From an uncultured Gemmatimonadales bacterium (lineage in GTDB: Bacteria > Gemmatimonadota > Gemmatimonadetes > Longimicrobiales > Longimicrobiaceae), in assembly GCA_963716255.1 (NCBI GenBank), contig OY970303.1, positions 384,001-448,000 on the forward strand: 64,000 bases of DNA, in the 5' to 3' direction. This document shows positions 12,201-27,398 of the stretch, one piece after another. Both the position numbers and the translations under genes were made by a program. The notes beneath the pieces were generated by a model, which saw only the letters and a program-made list of their open reading frames with translations, was not told the origin of the DNA and did no database searches. Numbering within the stretch: the first letter of the stretch is position 1; the number at the start of each line of letters is the position of its first letter.

Positions 12201-14309
12201 CGTCGCCTGCATCGCCGTCGCGCCCGTCGCCGCAAGCGCGTCGCGCAGCAGGGCGCCGTCCCCGGCCGTCTCGCGGTCCGCGAGCGCCACCCGCGCGCCC
12301 GTGGTCAGCGGCAGGAACAGCTCCAGCCCGGCGATGTCGAACGACAGCGTGGTCACCGCCAGCAGCGTGTCGACCGCCGCCAGCCCCGGCCGCGCGCGCA
12401 TGGAATCCAGGAAGTTGACCGCGGCCCGGTGCGGCACCACCACGCCCTTGGGCCGCCCCGTCGATCCCGAGGTGTAGATGACGTATGCGGCGTTCTCCGC
12501 CGTCGCGGGGCAGACGAAGTCCGCGTCGTCGTCCGGGAGGGGGGCCTCCCCGTCCACCAGCACCACAGCCGCCCCGCCCGTGGGCAGCTGCGCCGCGAGG
12601 GCGGCTTCGGTCACCACCGCCACGACGCCCGCGTCTTCCAGCACGTACGCCACGCGCTCCGCGGGATACGCCGGGTCCACCGGGACGTACGCGCCCCCCG
12701 CCTTCAGCACCCCCAGCAGCGCGGCGACCATATCCGGCCCGCGCTCCAGGCACACCGCCACCCGCGACTCCGGCCCCACGCCGAGCGCAGACAGCCGCCG
12801 CGCCAGCAGGGCGGCGCGGCGGTCCAGCGCGGCGTAGGTCAGCGCCTCGCCGCGGAAGACGAGCGCGGCCGCGTCCGGCGAGCGCGCCGCGGCCGCCTCG
12901 AAGCGGTCGTGGATCCGTTCGCCGCGCGGGAACTCCGCGGCGGTGTCGTTCCACGCCTCCAGCTCGCGGGCGCGCTCGGCCGCGTCCAGGATAGGCAGGT
13001 CGCCGAGGCGCGCCTCCGGGTCGCGGGCGATGGCCTCCAGCAGCGTGCGCAGGTGGCCCAGAAGGGCGCGCACGGCGGCGCCATCCAGGCGGTCGGCCTC
13101 GTACATGGCGCGCAGCACCAGCCCCTCCGCGGGGGCCACCACCAGCGTCAGCGGGTAGTTGGTGCGCTCGAAGGCGCGGAAGCCCGCGATCTCCACCCCG
13201 CCGCGCGGCTCCGCGGCGGAGGCGTCCACGGGAAAGTTCTCGAAGATCAGCAGGCTGTCGAAGAGCGGTTCGCCCGCGGGCAGCCCGCTCCAGGCGCGCA
13301 CGTCCACCAGCGGCGCGTGCTCGTGCTCGCGCGTCTCCGCCTGGCGGGCCTGGAGATCCTGGAGCCAGGGCGCGAGCGGGGCGTCCGCGGGGACCCGGAC
13401 GCGCACGGGCACCGCGTTGATGAACAGACCCACCATGCGGTCCACGCCGGGGAGCTCCGGCGGGCGCCCCGACACCGTCGCGCCGAAGACCACGTCGTCC
13501 GCCCCCGAGTAGCGCGACAGGAGCAGCGCCCAGGCGCCCTGCACGGTCGTGCTCAGCGTCACGTGGCGGTGCCGGGCCAGCTCGGCGAGCGCCGCCGTCG
13601 CCGCCGGGGACACGTCCAGCCGCTCCTCGCCGTACTCCCCCGCCCCGCCCGCGCGCGGCCCCCGGTCGATCCCCAGCGGCGTGGGCGCGCGGAAGCCGCG
13701 CAGCTCGGCGCGCCAGAAGGCCTCGGCCGCGGCCGGGTCGCGCCGCCCCAGCCAGGCCACGTACTCGCGGAAGGGGCGCGGCGCCGGGAGGGCGGCCGTC
13801 TCCCCCGCGCGGCCTGCCTCGTACAGGTCGAACACCTCGCCCAGCACCATCCCCACCGACCAGCCGTCCAGCAGCAGGTGGTGGTGGCTCCACACGAACT
13901 CCCACGCGTCGTCCGCCACGCGCAGCAGCGCGAGCCGCATCAGCGGGGCGCGCCCCAGCTCGAAGCCGCGCTCGCGGTCCTCGCGCAGGAACGCCTCCAG
14001 GCGGGCCGTCCGCTCCTCGTCCGCGAGCCCGCGCCAGTCCTCGCGGCGCCACGGGGCCCGGGCCGCGCGGGACACGATCTGGAGCGGCTTTTCGCGCTTC
14101 TCCCAGGCGAACGCCGTGCGCAGCACCGCGTGGCGCTCCACGACCCGCTGCCACGCCGCCTCCCACGCCGCCTCGTCCAGCGCGCCGCGCAGGGTGAACG
14201 CGAACTGCTCGAAGTAGGTTCCCGACGAGGGCGCGTACAGCGTGTGGAAGAGCATCCCCTGCTGGAGGGGGGAGAGCGGGTAGATCGCCTCGATCGCGCT
14301 GCGGTCCAT
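3274..14309 (-). CDS. NRPS subunit 2, C(DCL)-A(Gly)-T-C(LCL)-A(Ser)-T-E-C(DCL)-A(His?)-T, with a 1-nt frameshift near 9380
   Basis: ORFs 9276..14309 and 3274..14166 join at ~9380. Motifs HHHLLLDGWS, HHAVSDEWS, GGDSI before the E domain, HHLAVDGVSW/EGHGHE/RTVGWFT, HHHVLLDGWS. Codes read by eye: DILQLGLIW, DVWHVSLVD, DSALVAEVW. Confidence 0.88.
4733..4880. repeat. In-frame composite palindromic repeat inside an A domain
   Basis: CCCGGCTCGCTCAGGCTCGCCACCCTCCCCCAATTCTGGGGGAGGGCTTCCTG (close match to intergenic 28475-28528) plus a boxC-like palindrome. Confidence 0.85.
9349..9392. repeat. boxC-like palindrome in Ser A domain 2 (contains the frameshift)
   Basis: Matches 17101-17145 but has a G5 run where that copy has G6. 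Confidence 0.85.
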
Positions 14310-14316
14310 CGTCTTT

Positions 14317-19023
<4,707 letters not shown>

Positions 19024-19235
19024 GGGGCTCGGCTCGCGGCGATTGAGGTCGGGACGGCGTGGAGAGCGGGCGCCCTCGCGAGCGCCCGCCGCGGGTCCTC
19101 GCACGGCCTGACGGATTCGGTACGGTGGCCGGCAGCGGCGGGCTCCGCGGCCGTCGCCGGCCATGCGGACGGAAGCCCTGTCACCCCGCCGAAAACCCGC
19201 GCATCCGCTGGATTCGAGGGCCGTCCCGGGGCCCT

Positions 19236-19265
19236 TCAATATCGCACTTCACCGAAGGGTGTCAA
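19236..19265 (-). promoter_or_regulatory. Putative sigma70 promoter of the NRPS operon
   Basis: TTGACA-16 nt-GATATT with a TG extended -10, in an AT-richer patch ~215 nt upstream of the NRPS start. Confidence 0.55.
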
Positions 19266-19418
19266 GCTGTACGCCGCCCTTCACGGGCGGTCTGGATGCA
19301 CTCCAAGTGTTTGTCCTGGAACAGTTTCGCCCGTGGGCAGCAGCTCGCGTCCGTTTCGGGGCCCTTTCGGGAAACCCGCACCGGAGGGCGGCACGGCGGC
19401 GCATCGCGGGCCCGGCCT

Positions 19419-20546
19419 CTACGGGTCCCCGACTGGGAGCGTGAAGTAGAAGCGGGTCCCCACCCCGACCCGGCTCTCCACCCAGCTCCGTCCTCCGTGC
19501 GCCTCCACGATTCCCCTGGAGATCGCCAGCCCGAGCCCCGCCCCTCCGCGGTGTGCCCGCCCGGCGTGCCAGAAGCGCGTGAAGACGTGCGGGATCTCGG
19601 CTTCCGGGATCCCGATTCCCGTGTCTTCCACCGACACCACGACCTCGCCGCCGTCCCGCACCGCCCGGACGACGACCAGGCCGTCCTCCGGCGTGAACTT
19701 GAGCGCGTTGCCCACCAGGTTCGACAGCGCCTGCACCAGGCGGTGCGGGTCTCCCTCGATGGGGGGCACGTCCGGGGCGGCCTTCCAGTGGAGCCGCTGG
19801 CGCTTCTGCACGGCCAGGCTCTCGAACTGGCTGCACACGGCCTCGAACACCGCGTCCAGCAGCAGCGGCTCCCGCTCCAGGGACAGGCGGCCCGCCTCCA
19901 CCTCGCTCACGGTCAGCAGGTCCTCGATCAGGCGCGACATGCGCAGGGCGGCGCGCCGGATCGCCTGGACCTGCACCGCCTTCCGGTCGTCCGGGATGGG
20001 CAGGTCCAGGACCTCCGAGGCCATCAGGATCATCTGGAGCGGGTTGCGCAGGTCGTGCGAGACGAAGGCCAGCACCTCGTCCCGGGCGGAGATGGCCACC
20101 GTCGCGTCGCCCAGGGCACCGGCGAGCCGCCTCTGCTCCCGCGCGACCTCCCTGTGCGCGTGCACCAGCTCCGCGTTCAGCGCAGAGATCTCCTCGTACA
20201 TCCGCCCGGCTCTCCGGCTCGGCGCGTGCTCCAGGAGCCAGAAGCGCCGGTCCGCGCCCGGATTCCCCCAGACCACCAGGAAGGTCCGCAGCTCCATCGA
20301 TCCGGGGGTGTGGAACACCAGCTCCCACGGCACGTCGGGATCGACGTTCCGCGTGCCGGAAAGGATCAGCCTCCACCGGTGCCGCGACGTGTCGTCGAGC
20401 ACCTGCGCGAGCGGGCACCCGGCGAGGTCGCGGCCGACCGCCGCGTCCAGGTGCCCGTTGGACCCGACGACCACGCCGTCGGCCGAGAGCTCCAGCACCG
20501 CACCGGGGAAGCGGTGAAGGCACTCGTGGAGGGAACTGGCGCCCAT
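19419..20546 (-). CDS. Sensor histidine kinase (PAS-like, HisKA, HATPase)
   Basis: VSHDLRNPL H-box, NLVGNALKFT N-box, DTGIGI, GAGLGLAI. Confidence 0.92.
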   Translation of the reverse strand: MGASSLHECLHRFPGAVLELSADGVVVGSNGHLDAAVGRDLAGCPLAQVLDDTSRHRWRLILSGTRNVDPDVPWELVFHTPGSMELRTFLVVWGNPGADRRFWLLEHAPSRRAGRMYEEISALNAELVHAHREVAREQRRLAGALGDATVAISARDEVLAFVSHDLRNPLQMILMASEVLDLPIPDDRKAVQVQAIRRAALRMSRLIEDLLTVSEVEAGRLSLEREPLLLDAVFEAVCSQFESLAVQKRQRLHWKAAPDVPPIEGDPHRLVQALSNLVGNALKFTPEDGLVVVRAVRDGGEVVVSVEDTGIGIPEAEIPHVFTRFWHAGRAHRGGAGLGLAISRGIVEAHGGRSWVESRVGVGTRFYFTLPVGDP

Positions 20547-20744
20547 CCTGTGTGCTCCTGCGTGCGCGAAGCCTGCCGGGCTCGCTCCGGGGGCCCGGAG
20601 CGGGTGAATATGGCGGCGAAGCGTGGACGGGACGAGAGGAGCCCGGTCCGGGTCTGTCCGGACCGGGGCGCGCAGGTGCAGATTGTCGTCCGCCCGCCGC
20701 GTCGGCTCAGCGCGCCGCGCCGGTGCGGGCGAGATCCGCCCGGG

Positions 20745-20996
20745 TCACGGCTCCTGCACGCCTCCCGGACGGTGCGGCACGGTGTCGTTCGCGGCGGTCC
20801 CGTTCTGGTCGGGCCCCAGCGACTCCGTCACCTCCCCGGAAGCGGGCGTGGTGCCCGCCGCCTCGCCCTCCGCGCTGCTCTGCCCCACCGCGTCTCCGGG
20901 CGAGGACTTGGTGGAGTCGGAGGTCCCGCACGCGGCGGCGAGGAGGAAAAGCGCCGCCAGCGCGGCCGTCGAGGATCCGCGGATCGACAAGAGCAC
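20745..20996 (-). CDS. Small putative lipoprotein
   Basis: GTG start, hydrophobic stretch and lipobox LAAAC, followed by a low-complexity polar tail. Confidence 0.5.
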   Translation of the reverse strand: MLLSIRGSSTAALAALFLLAAACGTSDSTKSSPGDAVGQSSAEGEAAGTTPASGEVTESLGPDQNGTAANDTVPHRPGGVQEP

Positions 20997-21165
20997 CTGC
21001 CCGTTGGAGTGGTCGGGGCCGCGCACGCACCGGCGCGGCGCATGGCCGAGCGTACGGCATCCGCCGTACCACGCGCTCCGGCGGGCACTTTCGGGCGATC
21101 CCCGAAGGCGCAGCGGTGTACGAAAGTGGACACCGGGAACGGACGAGAAAACCAGCGGAGAAGCG

Positions 21166-23796
21166 ATGTCGGGAGCGAGCACCCCCCTGATGAAGCAGTG
21201 GCAGGAGGCAAAGGACCAGCACCCCGACGCGGTGGTGATGATCCGCGTCGGCGACTTCTACGAGCTGCTGGGCCCCGACGCCGAGCTGGCCGTGCGCGTG
21301 CTGGGGCTCGCCCTCACCTCCAAGGGCGGCCCCGGCGCCATCCCCATGGCCGGCGTCCCCGCCCGCTCCCGCGACGAGTACCTGGAGAAGCTGGCGGCCG
21401 GGGGCTTCCGCGTGGCCGTCTGCGAGCAGATGGAGGACGCGTCCGAGGCAAAGGGGACGGTGCGGCGCGAGGTCACGGAGGTGGTCACCCCCGGCGTGGT
21501 CTTCGCCGACGGGCTGCTCCGGGAGCGCCGCAACAACTTCCTCGCCGCGCTGGTGGAGGACCGCCACGGCGCGCTGGGCCTCGCCGCCGCCGACGTGACC
21601 ACCGGCGAGGTGATCGTCACCGCGGCCACCGAGGAGTCTCTGGAATCCGAGCTGGCGCGCATGGAGCCCGCCGAGCTGCTGCTGTCCGCCGACTGGAACG
21701 GCCGCGATCTGCCCGGGCTGGAGCGGCTGCGCGTCACCCGGCGCCCGCAGGTGATGTTCGACGCGCGCTTCGCCTGGGACGAGATCTGTTTCCGCTACGG
21801 CGTGCAGTCGCCCGAGGGGTTCGGCATCGGCGAGCGCGACGAGGCGCTGGTGTCGGCGCTGGGCGGGCTGCTGGCGTACCTGCGCGAGGTGCAGCCCGGC
21901 GGCGTGGTGGGCCTGCGCCCCCCGCGGCTGGAGCGCCCCGGCGAGGCCATGGTGCTGGACGACATGACCCGCCGCAACCTGGAGCTCACCGAGCCGCTGC
22001 GCCGCGAGCCGGGGATGAAGCCGGGCGAGGGGACGCTGCTGGGGGTGGTGGACGAGACGCTGACCCCCATGGGCGCGCGGCTGCTGCGGGGGTGGCTGCT
22101 GCGCCCCATGGTGGCGCTGGACCGCATCCGCGCGCGGCAGGACTCCGTGGCCGAGCTGGCCGGCGACAACGAGCTGCGCGGCCGCATCCGCCGCGAGCTG
22201 GAGCACGTGCGCGACCTGGAGCGGCTGGCCGGCAAGGTGGCCTCCGGGCGCATCGGCCCGCGCGAGCTGCGCGCGCTCGCCGACTCGCTCGCGCGGCTGC
22301 CGCGGCTGCGGCGCCTGGAGGAGGGCGCCGGCGGCGGCCCCCTGCGCAAGCTGCTGCGCACGCTGGACCCGCTGGAGGACGTGCGCGAGCGCATCGACCG
22401 GACGCTGGCCGACGCCCCCGCCGCCGCCTTCGCCGAGGGCGACGGGGTGATCCGCCCCGGCTTCGACGCGGAGCTGGACGAGCTGCGCGGGCTGCGCGAG
22501 GGCGGCACCGACTTCATGGCGCGCCTGCAGACGCGGGAGCGCGAACGGAGCGGCATCAACGCCCTCAAGGTGGGCTACAACCGCGTCTTCGGCTACTTCC
22601 TGGAGGTGCCGCGCTCCCACGCGGACCGCGTCCCCGGCGAGTACGAGCGCAAGCAGACGCTCGCCAACCTGGAGCGCTTCGTCACCGGCGAGCTGAAGCA
22701 GTGGGAGGCCAAGATCCTGGGGGCCGAGGAGCGCATCGCCGAGCTGGAGGCGCGCCTCTTCGGCGAGCTGCGGCAGGCGCTCGCCACCCAGGTGAAGCGC
22801 TTCCAGGACGCCGCCGTGCGCGTGGCGACGCTGGACGTGCTCGCCGGCTTCGCCGAGTGCGCGGTGAAGCACGGCTACACCCGCCCCGAGGTGCACGACG
22901 GCTACCGCCTGGAGATCCGCGGCGGGCGGCACCCCGTGGTGGAGACCATGATGCCGCGCGACCGCTACATCCCCAACGACGTGGTGCTGGACGAGGACGG
23001 GCGGGTGATGATCCTCACCGGCCCCAACATGGCCGGCAAGAGCACGCTGCTGCGGATGGTGGGGCTGGTGCAGCTCCTTGCCCAGGTGGGCGCCTTCGTC
23101 CCCGCGGAGCACGCCTCGCTGGGGGTGAGCGACCGCATCTTCACCCGCGTGGGCGCCTCCGACAACCTGGTGCGCGGCCAGAGCACCTTCATGGTGGAGG
23201 CCAGCGAGTGCGCCACCATCCTCAACGGCGGCACGCGGCGCTCGCTGGTGCTGATGGACGAGGTGGGGCGCGGCACCGCGACCTGGGACGGCGTCAGCCT
23301 GGCGTGGGCCATCACCGAGCACCTGCACGGGGTGATGGAGGCCCGCACCATCTTCGCCACCCACTACCACGAGCTGACCGAGCTGGCCGACCTGCTCCCC
23401 GGCGTGGTCAACTTCAACGTGGCCGCGCGCGAGGAGGGGGACCACATCCTCTTCCTGCACCGGCTGGTTCCCGGCGGCGCCGACCGCTCCTACGGCATCG
23501 AGGTGGCGCGCATGGCCGGGATCCCGCCCACGGTGATCGCCCGCGCCCGCGAGATCCTGCGCACCCTGGAGGGCTCGCGCTCGGCGGAGAGCCGCGTCAT
23601 CGAGCACCTGGCCGAGGAGGTGTACCTGGCGGACACGGCGCAGCGCGCGGCCGAGCGGGCCCCTGCTCCGTCCGCGCCGCCCGCGGACGGCCCCGAGCGC
23701 CGCGTCGCCGAGCGCATCCGCGCCGTGGACCCCAACCGGCTGACGCCCATGGACGCGCTGTCGCTGCTCACCGAGCTGCGCGGCGAGCTGGCGTAG
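21166..23796 (+). CDS. mutS: DNA mismatch repair protein MutS
   Basis: TPLMKQW, GDFYE, TGPNMAGKST, GQSTFMVE, DEVGRGT, FATHYHEL, SYGIEVA. Confidence 0.97.
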   Translation: MSGASTPLMKQWQEAKDQHPDAVVMIRVGDFYELLGPDAELAVRVLGLALTSKGGPGAIPMAGVPARSRDEYLEKLAAGGFRVAVCEQMEDASEAKGTVRREVTEVVTPGVVFADGLLRERRNNFLAALVEDRHGALGLAAADVTTGEVIVTAATEESLESELARMEPAELLLSADWNGRDLPGLERLRVTRRPQVMFDARFAWDEICFRYGVQSPEGFGIGERDEALVSALGGLLAYLREVQPGGVVGLRPPRLERPGEAMVLDDMTRRNLELTEPLRREPGMKPGEGTLLGVVDETLTPMGARLLRGWLLRPMVALDRIRARQDSVAELAGDNELRGRIRRELEHVRDLERLAGKVASGRIGPRELRALADSLARLPRLRRLEEGAGGGPLRKLLRTLDPLEDVRERIDRTLADAPAAAFAEGDGVIRPGFDAELDELRGLREGGTDFMARLQTRERERSGINALKVGYNRVFGYFLEVPRSHADRVPGEYERKQTLANLERFVTGELKQWEAKILGAEERIAELEARLFGELRQALATQVKRFQDAAVRVATLDVLAGFAECAVKHGYTRPEVHDGYRLEIRGGRHPVVETMMPRDRYIPNDVVLDEDGRVMILTGPNMAGKSTLLRMVGLVQLLAQVGAFVPAEHASLGVSDRIFTRVGASDNLVRGQSTFMVEASECATILNGGTRRSLVLMDEVGRGTATWDGVSLAWAITEHLHGVMEARTIFATHYHELTELADLLPGVVNFNVAAREEGDHILFLHRLVPGGADRSYGIEVARMAGIPPTVIARAREILRTLEGSRSAESRVIEHLAEEVYLADTAQRAAERAPAPSAPPADGPERRVAERIRAVDPNRLTPMDALSLLTELRGELA

Positions 23797-23803
23797 CCCG
23801 CGC

Positions 23804-24754
23804 TCACCCGGCGGGCGGCCTGCCGGCCATCGCCTCCAGGTTGAAGCGCACCAGCAGCTCCGCCAGCTCCTCCGTCGCCTCGGCGCCGATCATGGGCTCG
23901 GGCGGAAAGGAGGGCGGCAGCTCCACCCCCGGGAGCAGCGCCCGCGCCGCCGGCGACACCAGCACCGGACGCGAAGGGTCCAGCCGCGCGACCGCCTCCG
24001 GGTCGCGCGCGGACACCCCGTGGACGCGCCCCCCGTACACGCTGCCGGCGATCAGGCGCACGCGCTCCACGAACGGCTCGTCGGCGTACAGCACGTCCAG
24101 CTCCTCCGCCGCCAGCCGCCGCTGGAGCTCGCGCGTGAACAGCCGGTTCAGGCGGATCACCACCAGCGGCTTCCCCAGCCGGGCCGCCGCGTCGCGGGCC
24201 TCGCCGGCGTGGAAGGCGGTGGTCGCCACCACGTCCGCCGCCGCCAGCTCCGGCGGCGGGGCTCCCCCGGACAGCCGGTCCGCGTGCACCGCCGACACGG
24301 CGAAGCCGAAATCGTCCCGCAGCTCCCCCCCGAAAGCCTGCAGCTGGTCCGCGGTGGACTCCACGAAGGCGCAGCGCACCGTGGCCGCCGCCGTGCAGCC
24401 GCGCACGAACTCCGGCAGGCCGGGGACGGCGATGCGCCGCGTCCACGCCTCGCGCAGCACGCCCACCATCCACCGCGCCGTCTCCGCCAGCACCCGCCCG
24501 CCGATGCGCTCCTGCGGCGCCACGTACACCCCCGAGCGCCCCCGCACCTCCACCAGCCCCTCCGCCTCCAGCCGCCGGTAGACGCGGGCCACCGCCCGCA
24601 GGTCCGCGCCCGTCTCCTCCGCCACCTCGCGATAGCTGGGGAGCCGGTCGCCCACGTCCAGCCGCCCGGTATGGATCCGACCCACGATCCTCGACCGTAT
24701 CATCTCCGCGAGCTGGACGTCGCTCCACCGCTCGCGCTCCCGCAGCTCTCGCAT
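23804..24754 (-). CDS. GntR-family transcriptional regulator
   Basis: N-terminal wHTH GDRLPSYREVA...VARVYRRLEAEGLVEVRGRSGVYV. Confidence 0.85.
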   Translation of the reverse strand: MRELRERERWSDVQLAEMIRSRIVGRIHTGRLDVGDRLPSYREVAEETGADLRAVARVYRRLEAEGLVEVRGRSGVYVAPQERIGGRVLAETARWMVGVLREAWTRRIAVPGLPEFVRGCTAAATVRCAFVESTADQLQAFGGELRDDFGFAVSAVHADRLSGGAPPPELAAADVVATTAFHAGEARDAAARLGKPLVVIRLNRLFTRELQRRLAAEELDVLYADEPFVERVRLIAGSVYGGRVHGVSARDPEAVARLDPSRPVLVSPAARALLPGVELPPSFPPEPMIGAEATEELAELLVRFNLEAMAGRPPAG

Positions 24755-24934
24755 GCCGCTCCCTCCCCCTGAGACAGTTCCGGTTTCCGGCTGGAATACT
24801 GTTGCAAAAAACGCATCAGTTTGGGAACGTCACTTGCGAAAACCGCGCCCGCCGCCGCACCGAAGCGAGCGGCCGGCGCGCCGGGCCACGTCCGGCAGGG
24901 CGCGTCACCACGTCCAAGACCCGGAGGCAAGCAG

Positions 24935-26029
24935 ATGCACACGCCGAGACCCGGCGCCGCCCGCGGCGCGCTCGCCCTTTCGCTCGTCCTGCTCGGCGCA
25001 TGCGGCGGCGGCATGGCCGGCGCCATGGAGACCGCCCCCCGGCCCAGCGCGGGCGCGCCGATGCCCGCCGCCGACCGCGACATGCAGGCGGTGCTGGACC
25101 AGCTCGCCGCCCTGGGCGCGCGTCCCGTCGAGACGCTTTCCGTGGAGCAGGCCCGCGCCCAGCCCTCCCCCGCCGACGCCGTCAAGGCGCTGCTCCGGCA
25201 GCAGGAGCGCAGCACCGCGCCCGAGCCGGTGGGGAGCGTGCGGGACCGCACCGTCCCCGGCCCCGCCGGCCCCATCCCGGTGCGCGTCTACACCCCGGCC
25301 GGGACCGGCCCCTTTCCGGTGATCGTGTACGTGCACGGCGGCGGCTGGGTGATCGCGAACCTCGACACCTACGACGCGTCGGCGCGCGCGCTGGCCAACG
25401 CCGCGAACGCGGTGGTGGTTTCGGTGGAGTACCGCCACGCGCCGGAGCACAAGTTCCCGGCGGCGCACGAGGACACCTGGGCCGCCTACCGCTGGGTGGT
25501 CGCCAACGCCGCGCAGGTGGGCGGAGACCCGGAGCGGATCGCGGTGGCCGGCGAGAGCGCGGGCGGCAACATGGCCGCCAACCTGTCCATCCGCGCCCGC
25601 GACGAGGGGGTGAAGCTCCCCGTGCACCAGCTGCTGGTATACCCGGTGGCCGGCACCGACATGAACACCCCGTCGTACCTCCAGAACGCCGACGCGAAGC
25701 CGCTGAGCCGCGGGGGGATGATGTGGTTCGCGCGGCACACGCTGCGCTCCCCGGCCGACGCCGCCGACCGACGCCTCAACTTAGTGGCCGCGAACCTGAC
25801 CGGCCTCCCGCCCACCACCATCATCGCCGCCGAGATCGACCCGCTGCGCTCCGAGGGCTCCGTGCTCGCCGAGAGGCTGCGCGCCGCGGGGGTGGACGTG
25901 GACTACCAGAGCTTCGAGGGCGCGGCCCACGAGTTCTTCGGCATGGGCGCCGTGGTGGGCGACGCCCGCGACGCCGTCATCCGGGCCGGCGCGCGCCTGC
26001 GCGCCTCGTTCGCGCGCGGAGGGATGTAG
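24935..26029 (+). CDS. Lipoprotein esterase/lipase (HSL family alpha/beta hydrolase)
   Basis: Lipobox LLGAC, HGGGW, GESAGG, DPLRSEG, HEFF. Confidence 0.92.
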   Translation: MHTPRPGAARGALALSLVLLGACGGGMAGAMETAPRPSAGAPMPAADRDMQAVLDQLAALGARPVETLSVEQARAQPSPADAVKALLRQQERSTAPEPVGSVRDRTVPGPAGPIPVRVYTPAGTGPFPVIVYVHGGGWVIANLDTYDASARALANAANAVVVSVEYRHAPEHKFPAAHEDTWAAYRWVVANAAQVGGDPERIAVAGESAGGNMAANLSIRARDEGVKLPVHQLLVYPVAGTDMNTPSYLQNADAKPLSRGGMMWFARHTLRSPADAADRRLNLVAANLTGLPPTTIIAAEIDPLRSEGSVLAERLRAAGVDVDYQSFEGAAHEFFGMGAVVGDARDAVIRAGARLRASFARGGM

Positions 26030-26085
26030 CCCACGCGGGGACGCGGGGGGTCAGGGAGCCCGCACTCGCGGACGCAGCGCAACCC

Positions 26086-26227
26086 CCGCGTGAGGGATTT
26101 CGGCCCGAAGGGGCGAGACCTGGCGGGGTAGTTTCCGCCGGGGCTCGACTCCGTTGCAGACGGTTGTTTCGTCTGCTACGGAGCCGAAGCCCGACCCCGG
26201 CGCCAGCCGGGGGCACGCCCGAACCCG
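26086..26227 (+). repeat. ~140-bp structured dispersed element R1, copy 1
   Basis: GCGTGAGGGATT...CCGTT[hairpin]TACGGAGCCGAAGCCCGACCCCGGCGCCAGCCGGGGGCACGCCCGAACCC. Confidence 0.9.
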
Positions 26228-26244
26228 GCCGTACAACCAAGCCG

Positions 26245-27186
26245 TCAGTCCGCGAATGCCACTTCCCCCCGCGCCCGCCGCTCCAGCGGAAGCAGCGCGT
26301 GGTACATGACCCGGTGCAGCGGCGTGACGACCCCGCTCGCCGCCCCCAGCCGGACCACCGCCCCGCACCACGCCTCCAGCTCCGAGGGCCGCCCGCCCGC
26401 CACGTCCCGCTGGAGCGAGGTGGTCCCCTCCGCCGGCTGCGCGTCCACGAAGCCCATGGTCCGCTCCACCACGTCGTCCGGCAGACGGATCCCGCGCGCC
26501 CGCGCCACGGCCAGGATCTCCCCCATCGCCTCCTCCAGCAGCCGGCGCGTCTCCGGCATGACTCGCAGCACGCCGACCGGCGCGCGCGCCAGGGCGCCCA
26601 CGCCGCCCATGGGGACCACGAACAGGAACTTGGCCCACAGGTCCGCCAGCACGTCGTCGGGCGTCGCCGCCGCCACCCCCGCCGCCGCAAGCACCTCCCG
26701 CAGCCGCTCCACCCGCGCCGTGGGCGGGCCGTCCCACTCGCCGAAGGTGACGGACGCCGGCCCGCCGCCGTGCACCACCACCCCCGGCCCGTCCACCCGG
26801 CTGAAGATGCGCGCCACGCCGGGGAGCACGCGCTCCCTCCCCACCACCTCCGCCGCCTGGGCGGGCGCCTCCACCCCGTTCTGCAGCGTCACCACCACGG
26901 TGTCCGGCCCCAGCAGCGGTGCCGCGGTCCGGCACGCCTCCGCCACCTGCCACGTCTTGGTCGCCACCAGCACCGCGTCCACCGGCCCCACCTCCGCCGG
27001 CCGGTCCGTCGCCCGCACGGGGTGCACGGTGAAGTCGCCGGCCACGCTCCGCACCCGCAGCCCGTCCCGCCGCATGGCCGCCAGGTGCTCGCCGCGCGCG
27101 ACGAAGGACACGTCGTTCCCCGCCCGGGCGAGCCGCCCGCCGAAATAGCCGCCGACGCCGCCGGCGCCGATGATCGCGATGCGCAT
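26245..27186 (-). CDS. panE: 2-dehydropantoate 2-reductase
   Basis: IIGAGGVGGYFG, TLQNGVE, LWAKF, SLQRDV..GRPSEL. Confidence 0.9.
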   Translation of the reverse strand: MRIAIIGAGGVGGYFGGRLARAGNDVSFVARGEHLAAMRRDGLRVRSVAGDFTVHPVRATDRPAEVGPVDAVLVATKTWQVAEACRTAAPLLGPDTVVVTLQNGVEAPAQAAEVVGRERVLPGVARIFSRVDGPGVVVHGGGPASVTFGEWDGPPTARVERLREVLAAAGVAAATPDDVLADLWAKFLFVVPMGGVGALARAPVGVLRVMPETRRLLEEAMGEILAVARARGIRLPDDVVERTMGFVDAQPAEGTTSLQRDVAGGRPSELEAWCGAVVRLGAASGVVTPLHRVMYHALLPLERRARGEVAFAD

Positions 27187-27398
27187 GGACCTCTCCTGGA
27201 GCGAATCGGGAGGCGGCGCGAGGAGGCTCGGCCGCCGGGACGATCATCGTACCGCGGGGCGCGGCGGGGCACAACGGAACGATGGAAACGACATCGTTTC
27301 CGGACTGAAACGCGAACATGGTGGCGCACTGATTTCCCGGCGCTTACTTTCCGCCGTGTTCCGCAGGAAATCCAGGACTCTCCCCCGAGGAGCCGAGC

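Noticed and set aside
13860..13895. HHH motif as a beta-lactam-forming C domain signature
   Set aside because: SHHHxLLDGWS is common in ordinary DCL domains that follow E domains, which is the context here.
20623..21165. N-terminal extension of MutS in the ORF track
   Set aside because: Homology begins at ATG 21166, which has a GGAG SD; the upstream part overlaps a probable minus-strand lipoprotein gene.
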